The translations under genes and the position numbers were made by a program. A DNA stretch of 58,709 bases, counting the filler, from Jimgerdemannia flammicorona (taxonomy: Eukaryota): assembly GCA_003990765.1 (NCBI GenBank). It is 3 parts of 3 records of this genome, joined end to end, with 100 filler letters (N's around TTAATTAATTAA, not from the genome) between each part and the next. Parts side by side here need not be neighbours in the genome. Positions count along the whole stretch, not along the records: positions 19,607 to 39,108 come from RBNJ01001925.1; positions 39,209 to 58,709 come from RBNJ01001926.1; 1 more part is not named here. The stretch is one strand, 5' to 3'. Positions 37,866 through 49,300 of this stretch are shown piece by piece (positions within the stretch are counted from its first letter, which is position 1; each line of letters begins with the position of its first letter). The notes under the pieces are model-generated. The model saw only the letters and a list, made by a program, of their open reading frames with translations. It had not been told where the DNA came from and did no database searches.

Positions 37866-38449
37866 GGGCTATAAACACTAGTATGCTCTTGAGCTAAACT
37901 CTCTCTTTTTTTTTTTTCTTTAAATAATTTACAAAAAATAATTTATTTCTAACTCTTTTTTGTTTAAAGTAGCAGAACTTACTCAATTTTAGTAACCCAC
38001 ACTTCACTAAGACTTTAGGTATATACAGACCTAAATTGCCTCAGTATTCAGTATATATCTCTTAGAGGAAATAAGATCTATTCTGTTAGAGAACACCTGC
38101 TCAACTGGAGTACTGGTAGTAGGAATGGCCAGATAGTCTTGAGCTATACTATATAGGCTGGAGAAGTCTATTTGATACATCTGTGGTCACATACCCCAGA
38201 GGTCAGAATAGTGGTTAGAATGGTAGTTAGAATAGTAGATAAAATTAGTCCAACCCCACCAACTACTTGTGGAAAGACAACTTATGTACCTTCTACTAAT
38301 TGAGTACCTCTATGCTCTCTAGTAGAATTATATAGTTACTGGTAAGGTAAATAATGAGTTTGTCTATTGATAACAATTCTTTCACTGATGGCTCTCTCTT
38401 TCTCTTTTTACTGAAGTAAATATATAACAGAAGAGATTCTTTAATATAT

Positions 38450-39090
38450 TTATCTAGACTTTAGCTAGAACCTTGTAATGACATATAGTTTTTCTGATAA
38501 GTTTCAATTATGACTTACTTGGCTTCTTCAATATAGTGCTGCTTTCAGCTCTGATATTTGTGATATTATAGCTTTAAGTATAGATCCAATACTATTTTGA
38601 GAAAAAAGAGTGAGTTTTATAGGAGTTTCTCTTTTTTTTTTTTTGAAAGAAGTGACTACTATATCAATATATCTATACTGATTAAGTATATAGGGTTATC
38701 TGTTTTAGAGTAGTATTTTCTAAGCTTACTCAGAGCAACTACTATAGCATCTCTCTGATCTGAGCTAAACCAGAAATCATTACTACTCTCCAGCTTTTCC
38801 TCAAGCTTGTCCTCTAGTTAGTTAATTAAAAGATTATATACTGGTATTGTAGAGCTTATTGTCAGGGTAGTTTGTTTGACAATATTCTTTATACAATTAT
38901 CAAAATACTAGTAGTTAAGAACAGTGTATTGTTACATTACTATATAGAGGTAGACAAAATAAGTATAGAGTTAAAGCAATCATCACTTATTTCCAAAACT
39001 CTGATAACATTTCTTAGTACATCCCACTTGCTTTCATCTATAGCCTTACTCTATACTTCCTTGTTAGCAGCAACTATGAAATCTATCAGC
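38450..39090 (-). pseudogene. Intron-containing hAT-superfamily transposase relic
   Basis: Minus strand reads KWDVLRNVIRVLE | ..TLTISSTIPVYNLLIN*LE...ALSKLRKYYSKTDNPIY | LDLYLKL*Y...IEEAK, resembling the hAT pattern W..L...LE / KL.KYY...LDPR.K. Confidence 0.65.
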
Positions 39091-39108
39091 TTTTTTTTTT
39101 TTTTTTTT

Positions 39109-39208
39109 NNNNNNNNNNNNNNNNNNNNNNNNNNNNNNNNNNNNNNNNNNNNTTAATTAATTAANNNNNNNNNNNNNNNNNNNNNNNNNNNNNNNNNNNN
39201 NNNNNNNN
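39109..39208. other. Artificial contig linker (N44-TTAATTAATTAA-N44)
   Basis: Same 100-bp structure as 19507-19606. Confidence 0.97.
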
Positions 39209-39404
39209 TAATCCGATTTTAATGTTCTTGGTATCATTAGAAAGGCCTTATTAAGGGCTTTCAAATGACACCAAGATTATCAAATTTGGATGATTATTCA
39301 TCAAGTTATTGATGTAAACATTTAATTGTCTAATTTGGAAATCAAAACAATGGTTGATTCGAATCCATCTGAATCCCATCTGAATTGACTCGTTCAGAGC
39401 ACTA
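39209..39404. mobile_element. Right part of a foldback MITE abutting (inserted in) the 5' LTR of Gypsy C
   Basis: Central hairpin TCTTGGTATCATTAGAAAGGCC..GGCTTTCAAATGACACCAAGA, the shared arm motif, and terminus GAGCACTA. LTR sequence resumes at 39405. Confidence 0.65.
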
Positions 39405-41805
39405 CTCATAACTTAGCTGCGTAACTCAGTAGTTATCTCATAGCTAGCAAACTTGTATAAATAACCCAGTATCTTCAAGTGAATAAACCTCAGATCGAAA
39501 GTGTTAGTAAAAGAACAAGTATACCGATAAAGAGACTTTCGGGATTATCTCTTAAAAACACATTTGGCCTCAAGGAACTACTGACTCTGGGAGTCAAGAA
39601 GATAAGAATTCAAGATAAAGAAATCTGACATACTTGCCCACCTTAGCATCTACTACATTACAACTTAGTGCCTATTAGTTGGTAATTCAAGATGAATCCC
39701 TCACTTTCAAGCTTAACAATGAACAACCACAACCAGAATGCACACAACACAATCAGACAGAATGGATATAAGACCCCCCGTATTCTATGGATATATATCC
39801 GATGAATCAATCATCACCTTCATTGATGATTTCGAGTAGTATACTGCTATAAGGACCTTAAGTGCAGTATAACAAGTAGCCCTACTCTCTGTAAGCCTCT
39901 GAGGTCCAGCAAGAACTGCATTTACTGCAGCCAATATACAAGCAGCTGATGATCCAGCAAGAATTATAGCTTTCAAGACCTGGCTCCAAGCAACCTACTA
40001 TACAGACAAAATCAAACAGATACTCAAAGATTAACTAAATACTATCTGCCAAGGAATGTCTGAAGATCTAAATATATTCTATACAAGAATCTGACATCAA
40101 ATAGTCCTTACTGACTACCCCGATGCAGTTCAAGACTAAGTGGCCAAGAATACCTTTATGAAAGGCATTTACTAAGAAATCACTTTAGCCATTTGATCTA
40201 CCCCAACACTACTGGACCTGGGATAGAAGGTTACCTATGCCCAAAGATACTGGACTGCCAGACACCCTCAAGGCCATACAATAGAAAGGATAACTGGAGT
40301 AAAAATTGAACAAGCACCAAGAGTCACCAATATAATCCCAGCTACCATAGTTAACCAGAATACACAACCACAACCACAAGACCAGAGAAGGGTCGATCTA
40401 ATGAAGGAACTGGCCAAACAGTTTGCAGAAATGACTGCACACCTCAGTGATGTAGTCAAAGAGTTCAAGAAGAAGTCAGTACAGAAGTTTGCTACTACAA
40501 ATGCAAGACAATCAATAACATACTATAACTGTGGAGAAGAAGGCCACTATGCCTCCAAATGTATGATAGAAACCAAGTGAAAGGCCAATCCAAGCAATGC
40601 AACCAGAAACTGCGAACAAGCAAACACTATCACCTTTGAGAAGATTGGAGAATCTGAGGAAGAAAGAGAGGAATGGGAAGCTTATCCTACCACCTCAAGT
40701 AAGAAGGATGTCTGATCCAGTCCCTACAAAAGACCTCCAGGCAGACCTCTTAAGAAGGCCCAGACACAGACAAAACAACCAGAAATAGTCATCAAAAAAG
40801 AAATTCAGCAGAGCAAAGCTAACCAAGATATGGAGCTAGAACAAGATGCTGAGCTGGAGCAAGCATTAGAAGATATTATTCGAAATACTATCCCATCAAG
40901 TGAAGGGAAGAAGGAGCAGAAACTGCACAAGAGCAAGACCTTCAAGTATGACATCTTCAAGAATCTCAAGGACCAAAAGATCAATGCAACCTTTGGCCAG
41001 CTGGCTGAAATCCCAACATTCAGACAACAAATAAGGACAGGAATCTCAGACATCAGCAAAGACCAAGGTTACAGAATAATCGAAGCCAACAATGCACAAG
41101 AAGATTCAGATAAAGAGAGTGAAGATAACTGGAAAACATCAGCCTATGCTATCTGCCAGATCGAGGACTGGGTCTTTGAAGCCATCATTGATATAGGAGC
41201 AGAAAGATGTCTCATCACCAAGAAAGCAGTAGACTGCCTAGGTTGGGAGATAGAAGAAGCCACCAAATTAGTGTTTGTCATAGCTGATGGGACATGAGCA
41301 ACACTCTTGGGAAAAATTCAGGATATATCAATCAAGTTTGGCAAAGCCACTATCTCTGTGGATGTTATTGTTACCAATACAACCAACTATGATATCCTCA
41401 TTGGCAACCAGTGGCTTCACAAAGCCAAGGCCATGATCAACCTCAGTGCATAGAAGATGCAGATCATCTACTGGGGAAAGAAGATCAGAATTCTCATCAA
41501 TGTCTATAAAGGAGTCTGCTCTGAGATAGAGGAAGACCAAGAAGAAGAAGCCTATATAGTTATTATGAAGAAAGGAAAAGGCAAGCAATTGACAGAGGAA
41601 GAATGATATACAAGAATTGCAGACAGATATGCCCCACTAGGAAGGTGCCCCCATGGTGAAAGAATGTACTGTACCCAGCACTTGAATTACTACTACTCTT
41701 GTATCATTGAGATGAAGAAGATCACCAACAAGCCAAAGAAGAACCAGGAGGAACCAGAAGATGGACCACCAGAACTATTGGATAACAGCAATGATGAAGA
41801 AGACA

Positions 41806-42218
41806 TCACAGTCAAGATACAAAGAATCTACCCTGATGTAGTTATGCCACAATACAAATTGGAGAGTACAGTAGGAATGGACCCCTCTACCACAACACAC
41901 ACAATACTCGAACTGCAGACCACCACCATTCTAGGAACAGGAATTGAAGTAACCATCCCACCAAACTATGTCGGAATCCTCAAGACAAGGAGCAGCTTGG
42001 TAAAGAGCAAAATATCAATAGAAGGAGTTATTAATTCAGACTATATAGGAGAAATTCTCCTCCTCATCAGGAACTACAACCCAACCATTCCATTTGAAGT
42101 AAGGAAGAAGGATCAGCTGGCACAAATGCTCATCCTACCTATCCTTAATCCAAGAATCAAGGAGATCACAAACATTAGACAAACTTAGCAAGGAAGGGCT
42201 GGATTTGGCTCTACAGGA
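41806..42218 (+). pseudogene. dUTPase domain in Gypsy C pol
   Basis: KTRSSLVK, GVINSDYIGEI, DQLAQMLI, then *QGRAGFGSTG (42201-42218). Confidence 0.9.
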
Positions 42219-44935
42219 AGAGGAGTCCTTGTAGCAACTAAGATCACTGAGTTGGAGCACAAGAAGGAGAAAAGCCAAGACAAACACACCTATACAATCA
42301 GAAGGAACTTTCCCCTAAGGGAAGAATTGTGGAGCCTCTTGCATACATTCGAAGATATACTGGCCACAGATTTTAAGGACATCAAGACCAAGAAACCCTT
42401 GTATTATCATGACATCAATACTGGAGATGCAAAGCCAATCTATCAGAAGACCAGCCCCATTCTACCAGCATACAGAGAATGGCTCAAGACAGAGATCAAG
42501 GAAATAGAGGAATCCGGTATCATTGAAGAAGCCAGCAGTCCTTGGTCCTCCCTCATCATCCTTGCACCAAAGAAAGGAAGCCAACCAGGAGAATTTACAC
42601 CAAGACTCTGCACAGACTATAGAAGACTCAACAAGGTCACAGAGAAGGACAGATAACTATTGTCAAACATTGGTGATATTCTTATCATACTGGGAAATGA
42701 ATCACAATTCTATACCATCCTGGATCTGTTCTCAGGATTCTACCAAATCAGCCTTACACCTGAAGCCAGCAAAAGATCAGCCTTCATCACTCCTGATGGA
42801 ATCTATGTCTATCTTCACATACCCTTTAGAATGTGTAATATACCAGTAAGCTTCCAGTGAATGATGAACAGCATCTTCAGGAATGTTATGGAAAAATGAA
42901 TGATGGTATATGTAGATGATGTGATCATCTTCAGCCAAACTGCCAAGGAGCACTTGGAACACATTGAGGAAATTCTCAGAAGGCTTCATAAATATGGCCT
43001 CTACATCAAGCCCAAGAAATGCAAGTTTGGAGAAGAAGAAATCACATACCTTGGACACATCATCAACTGTGAAGGAACACATACAGACCCTACAAAGATC
43101 AAAGCAGTAGCAGCATACCTACCTACTAGTATCACTGAAGCCCGAGCCTTCATGGGACTTGCATCCTACTATAGAAGATTTATTAGAAGGTTCTCCCACA
43201 TCACCAGTCCTATCTATGATCTGTTCAGAAAAGAGGTCAAGTTCCAGTGAACTCAGTAGCAGCAACTAGTCTTTGATGAGCTCAAGACCAGATTGACCCA
43301 GGCCCCAATCCTGAGAAGACCCGACTGGACTCAAGAGTTTATTCTGCAGATGGATGCCAGTGCAATGAGACTTGGAGCTGTCTTTGTACAAAAGAAGAAT
43401 GGTACTGAATACATGATAGCTTATCTCAGCCGAGATACCCAAAGAGCTGAGCAGTCCTATGAATCATATAAGTTGGAATGCCTTGCAGTCATCTGGGCTG
43501 TAGAGAAGTTCCACTACTATCTGACTGGCAGACACTTCACCATCCAGACAGATCATTCAGCACTTACCTGATTGCTCACTACCAGTGAGCCCAAAGGAAT
43601 CTATGCCCAATAGATCATAAAGCTGCAAGTATACGATGCCATGATCACCCACCACTCTAGAAGAATCAATGCCAATGCTGATGCCCTCTCATGGACACCC
43701 CAAAGGACCCCACCCCCATGAAATCACCATGAATAGGGAGCTGTATTATGGAATCATCAGCTATCTGAGGCAGCGAAAGATGCCCCCGCATCTGGAAGAA
43801 TAGACAAAAACAATTATTAATTGGACATGGAAATAATTTGAAACTGATGGAGAAATACTCAAGAAAGGATAACAATTAGTCATCTCCGAGTACTGGAAGA
43901 ATCAAGTGATGAAAGAAATACATGAACAAGGTCACATAGGAGGAACAAACACATTTGACAAAGTGAGAAGAACCTTGTGGTGGCCTGGAATGGAAGAAGA
44001 TATCAGACAATTTGTCAGGATCTGTAACAAATGCCAGAAACAGAAACAAGACCGATAAGATCAAGCCCCTGGATCAGCAGACATCAAACCGATACCATTT
44101 GCCCACATTACAATGGATGTAATTGGCCCCCTACCCCTGACATTGACTGGCAACTGATATGTCATTGTAATAGTAGACCTGTTTACAAAATGGGTAGAGG
44201 CTGGGCTGCTCAAGGAAGCCAATGTACAGTCAATTGCCGATTTCTTGCACAGAGAAATCATCTGCCAATTCAAGACCCCAAAGCAAGTTACCACAGACAG
44301 AGGAACAGAATTTGTCAACCAGTTTTATGAGATTCTTTACAAGAAGTACAAGATCCAATATATCAAGACCACCGCATATCACCTACAAGGAAACAGACAA
44401 GTAGAGAGAATCAACAAGACCCTCAAGAACATCATTGCCAAGATCTGTGATGAATACAGAAACTGAGACCACTATCTTCCAATAGCATTATTCACTCTGT
44501 GGAACATACGATCACAAAGCACCTATTTTACACCATGAGAAATGCTATTCGGTAAAGAAAGTTCTAGTGGAAGTTTGTCAGCAAGTAATAATGCAATTTG
44601 AAAGCATGTGGATATGGAGATATGGAGATTGCACCAGATCAGAAAAAAGGTAGAGGATTACATAATCAAGGTGCAGGCACTACAATGGAATAATGTGGAA
44701 AAAACCCACAAGCTCCTGGAGATTATCAAGATAGGAGATGAAGTCCTAGTATATCAGAACATAGTAGAAGCTTCTTGGTCACGAAAATTGGAGCCCAAGT
44801 GAGAAGGACCTTATCTGGTATAAGATATAAAAGAGACTACTTTCCAGCTACAAAAGTCCTCAGACACAATAATTCTCACCACCATTCATCGAAACCGACT
44901 CAAGAAGTACTATGGCCAATAACTGAAGCACTGCG

Positions 44936-45372
44936 ATGACACTTAAGATTATTAGTACTGTCCAAAGAGCCATCGAAAGACAATGGCACACCACCGAGCC
45001 TCTGACTATAGAGGTATACTATGAGGATATTCAGAGCATTATACAGACTCATCTCTCTCGGATCTCACACTTTAGAGCCTATCAATATCAGGCAGAATTC
45101 CAAGAGTACTTCAAGCTTAGACAGGTGCTCAATCAGGATCCAGCAAAGACCAAAGAGGACTGGATTGCTGAGTGTCAACTCTCTCACTCACAGATCACTA
45201 TTGCCAAAAGGATCTACAAGTTATTCTGAGAAGATGAACTAGCAATAGACTATCTGAGAGGAGTAATCCCCACCAACTTCGAGAAAGTAAGAAGACATCA
45301 TTGGGAAACAGTCATGTAGCAAATTGCACAGTATAAGACCATACAGACAGTTGAAGTCTGAGAGTTTGAATA
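44936..45372 (+). pseudogene. Additional ORF of unknown function between integrase and PPT in Gypsy C
   Basis: ATG at 44936, just after the pol stop; 97 open codons, then continues past TGA (EDELAIDYLRGVIPTNFEKVRRHHWE). Confidence 0.6.
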
Positions 45373-45410
45373 GATATCTCAGGGATGAGACCATCTATTT
45401 AGGAGGAAGT

Positions 45411-45867
45411 TGTAACGGTATAGCCAAATTAGAAAGAAGGAAATAGAGAATAGATACTTGATCACACCCATTCCCAAAGTAGTATAGCTTTATAGTTAGC
45501 AGTTGCCAATTTTGACATTGTCTAAATTTCTAGACATTGTCCAAATCGAATACCCTGATTTAGTATAGCATTTAGACATTGTTTAAATTTCTAGACATTG
45601 TCTAAATGACTCATAACTTAGCTACGTAACTCAGTAGTCATCTCATAGTTAGCAAACTTGTATAAATAACTCAGTATCTTTGAGTGAATAAACCTCAGAT
45701 CAAAAGTGTTAGTAAAAGAACAAGTATACCAATAAAGAGACTTTCAGGATTACCTCTTAAAAACATATTTGACCTTAAGGAACTACTGACTCTGGGAGTC
45801 AAGAAGACAAGAATTCAAGATGAAGAAATCTGACATACTTGCCCACCTTAGCATCCGCTATGTTATA
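45411..45867 (+). repeat. Gypsy C 3' LTR
   Basis: TGTAACGG...TGTTATA; 45610-45867 matches 39405-39662; TATAAATA and AATAAA at 45661-45692; GACATTGTCTAAAT tandem motifs at 45514-45607. Confidence 0.9.
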
Positions 45868-46396
45868 CTATATAATATATTTTATATTCAGTTTATCTGA
45901 TTTTGTTAAATTTCTTCTATATAATATATAATAAATAAGATTACTTTTATAATTCTGTACAGTCTTTTACTCTTCTTTTTTTTTCTAAATTCCTGGTAAT
46001 TCTTGCTTAAGTTTTTTTTTTAAATTCTTCCTGATAAATCTCAAGTTTTTACCCTACTCTTTTTTCAAAATAGTGCTGTAATTTTCAGCTCCATAGTGAA
46101 TTTGATGTAAATTAACTTTATATATATATTTTTATATAGGGATAGTCCCATACCTTTCGAGCTATAATGGGTGTTTTGAAGTTTTAATCGATGGATGCCA
46201 AATATCATACAAGAATGAGTGCATCTCCAATCCGAATCTCCACCCAACTGGTAGTTATCCTGAGACACCTGTCTGGAGCGGTTCAAATCTCGACATTACG
46301 AAAGTTATGAACGACTGTCGTCAGCTGATTTGTCAACATTTTTTCCCATTGTACAATATGCCCCCGTACCGTCATCAACTCGACTCGTCATCTGAG

Positions 46397-49300
46397 TCAT
46401 TCTTCTGCTTTTTCTTTCCCTTTCCATGGAGGGATGATCTTGTTGGCACACGGGTTGGGGTAGTTTCCCGGGTTGGCGGCCTTACCCTTGCGACGGGAGA
46501 TCACAAACTCCCAACACCCACATCTAGCGGCGTTTCCTGTGAGATTTTCTTCAAGAGATTGACAGTGGCGCATAGTTGCTAAAACAGATTGAAGGAACTG
46601 TTTTAACCATTCCATAGATGCTTTTGATAACATGTATGGCTTCCTGACCAATCCATGTACCTTCAAGAACAAAAGGCGCAAAACTGCCTTGGCAAGGTGG
46701 CCAAGCGCGTCAATGCTTTGAAATGAAACAATTTCGCGAACTTATACACGCCAGAGCATTGGAGATTCATAACGTAAACACTCCCCTCAATGCCTTTATA
46801 CGAGATGCCAGAAACGATAGAGGTTAGACCACGTTCTCCGCAGAGAATCCACCTGCATGTGTACTCAACCGACGTTAAGATCCCAAAGACTTCGAGATTC
46901 ACAATATTCTTCTTGTGTTTGCTGGGAAGGCTCGTGTACAGATAATCGATCTGGTCTTTGAGCTCTCTCGCGAGCTTATAGCGATCGCGCAGGAATTTCG
47001 TTTGCCCCTCTAGACTGTCGCTTCGGCCGGACTCCATTGTGAGCAATTCTCGGGCCCAAGTGTCTCGCGTCCGCACGGTGGCATCCAATTTCGCCGAGTA
47101 CTTCTTTGTGCCATACTGAAGTTGCGCGTTTTTTCGGTAGGACACAGCCCGGGATCCCTGTTCTCCTCTAAAAGAAATACAGTGACCAACGGGAAGGAAA
47201 GAAAGTAGCATCTTTGAGATATTAAATGCTGCTCTCACCGAATAACCTTCACACCGCTCATATCAAAGAAGAGCGAATCGATGAATACGCCGTATACATG
47301 CACTTGGAGAAATCCTTCTGTATTGGTCGAGTCAAGCAAAGGGTTTTCGGGAAGCTCGAAGAACTGGACGCTTAATGGGCAAAGATAGCGACGGTGTTGT
47401 TAGGATCCAATCGGCTACTCAGATCGAACACCGAGATACTTACAACTTCCGAAAAACCATGTGTATGTATTCGAGATTATAATGTTTGCTGATATTGTAG
47501 TTCGTGCCATTAATACTTCACGGATCTCTACAATTGTGGGCTGGAAAAAAAAAAAAAAAGTGAGGATATATGTCACAGCTAAAACAAACCGACACTATCG
47601 TTAGATTTACCTTGTTCAATCGCAACAAATATTCTGACTCGGCGAATTGCACACCCACTTTACTCCTATTCTCCTTTTCTGACTCATGAACAGCAACGAG
47701 TTCATCCCATGTGTCCCGGACCTTCCACGTCACAAATTCCAGCACAAACCGGAGCGTTTCTGTCAAGCTCGAGTATGTAGCTGCGCGCGAACCTGGACAA
47801 CTGGAAGATATTAAACAAAGTCACGGACGTAAAAGAGGGCATCGCTAACAGCATCAATACTTACAAATCCTGCACGCCTGCTTTGCTCCTTTTTTTTTTT
47901 TTTTTTTTTAATGGACTCTATGTCCCATGGATTTTTATTGGAAGGGAACCTAGACTATATAGGCCAAAACCCTCCCCCACCACCCATCAAGCACTGCCCC
48001 CCCATTAATCTAGGCTAGCTATTGTCCAGCAGCTTGACTATGCCAGGTGCAGCAGGGCAAAGTTGCCCGCACCTCGTTCTGCGCACCATGCTCTCCCTAC
48101 CACCAGGGGAAACCCAGCCATATGCCAATGACCGAAAGTGCACATCTGAGAACCCAACATATGTACAAGGCCATGCCCAAGTCAAATAGAATAGCCCCTG
48201 CCACCCCAAAGAGAATGACAGGTAAAGAAAAAACCCTCATCAAAGTACAACATGGTGGGTAGGGCCTGGTTCTCTCAGTCGAGGTAAGTAGAGGACTTAC
48301 ACGTGAGGTGGGAGGAGACCCCCAATACCCCACTACTCAAGCCTGCGGGCCTTGATCATGTTGCCATGTCAGCTCCCGGTTCCAGTTGAGTGTAGCCAAA
48401 ACACCTAAAATGGGTAGCCTCAGGCCCCCCGACCCCCTCTGATGACCGGGGCCCAACCCCACAAATCGCCAAAAGAAGCCGAGAGTGACACCTACTATCT
48501 AACTGCACCGCACCAATCAAAAGGCCCCACCGAAGCAGCACTCGCCCCAGCCCTGACAACCGCCCCCAGCCTGGCACCCTACTGGTTCACCATAATCGCC
48601 CTTCCTCCTATCTGTGATGACCATCTCCCCTCCCATCCCGACATCACCTGAAAAACAGTCACCTATGCCAGAACTGCGCTTGCCGGGAAGCTTGCCAAAG
48701 CTAGAGAGCCCCACTATAGGCACCAAGAACCTGCAGGTAACCTACATTGAGTACTTGACACCCAAGATTGGCCAACTTCCTATGTAGCCTGAGACACACC
48801 GAGACAACTCCTTGTTGGTGACAGCAAAAGAAAGAAGGCGCTACACCAAAATGGGTATACCCCAAATACAGCTGAAAGCACCAGAATCTGCAAAAAAGTG
48901 GAGGAAGCACCGATCTGACACCGATAAAGGGGCAACTCATCACCATTGCCCTCCTCCCACCATGCCCCTGCAGGCACAGCAAACCAACCCGAGGTAGAGG
49001 GGGTAGTATTAGGGGAAAGGGGACTCAGAAGGTCACCTACCAAACCTTGTGACCGATAAGGTAGCGGAGAAAGGAGCTGTGCTGACACCTGCTTTGCTCC
49101 TATATGCTTTGAATATATGCCCGACGTTCTTGCCACTTGGCAGGATCCATCCGCTCTCGACACTCAATTCAATAGTTGGAGGCAATCCTCTTTGTCGTCG
49201 CCGTTGTCGCTATTCTCATCATCTTCATGACTGTCATAATCGCTCTTTTCGCTGTCATCTTCATTTTTCAATTAGAGCAAAGTCCGTTTCCGAGATCTTC

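Larger units (their letters stand above)
39405..45867 (+). mobile_element. Ty3/Gypsy LTR retrotransposon C (gag-PR-dUTPase-RT-RH-INT-extra ORF), less eroded relative of B
   Basis: 5' LTR remnant 39405-39662 and 3' LTR 45411-45867 after PPT TTTAGGAGGAAGT. Eroded CCHC (~40520), FEAIIDIGA protease, dUTPase, YVDD RT (42909-42920), RNase H LQMDAS, integrase TDRGTEF / GNRQVER. Confidence 0.95.

Noticed and set aside
38370..38400. RNase H motif FTDGSL on the plus strand
   Set aside because: Isolated short match with no other RNase H motifs, lying next to a minus-strand hAT relic.
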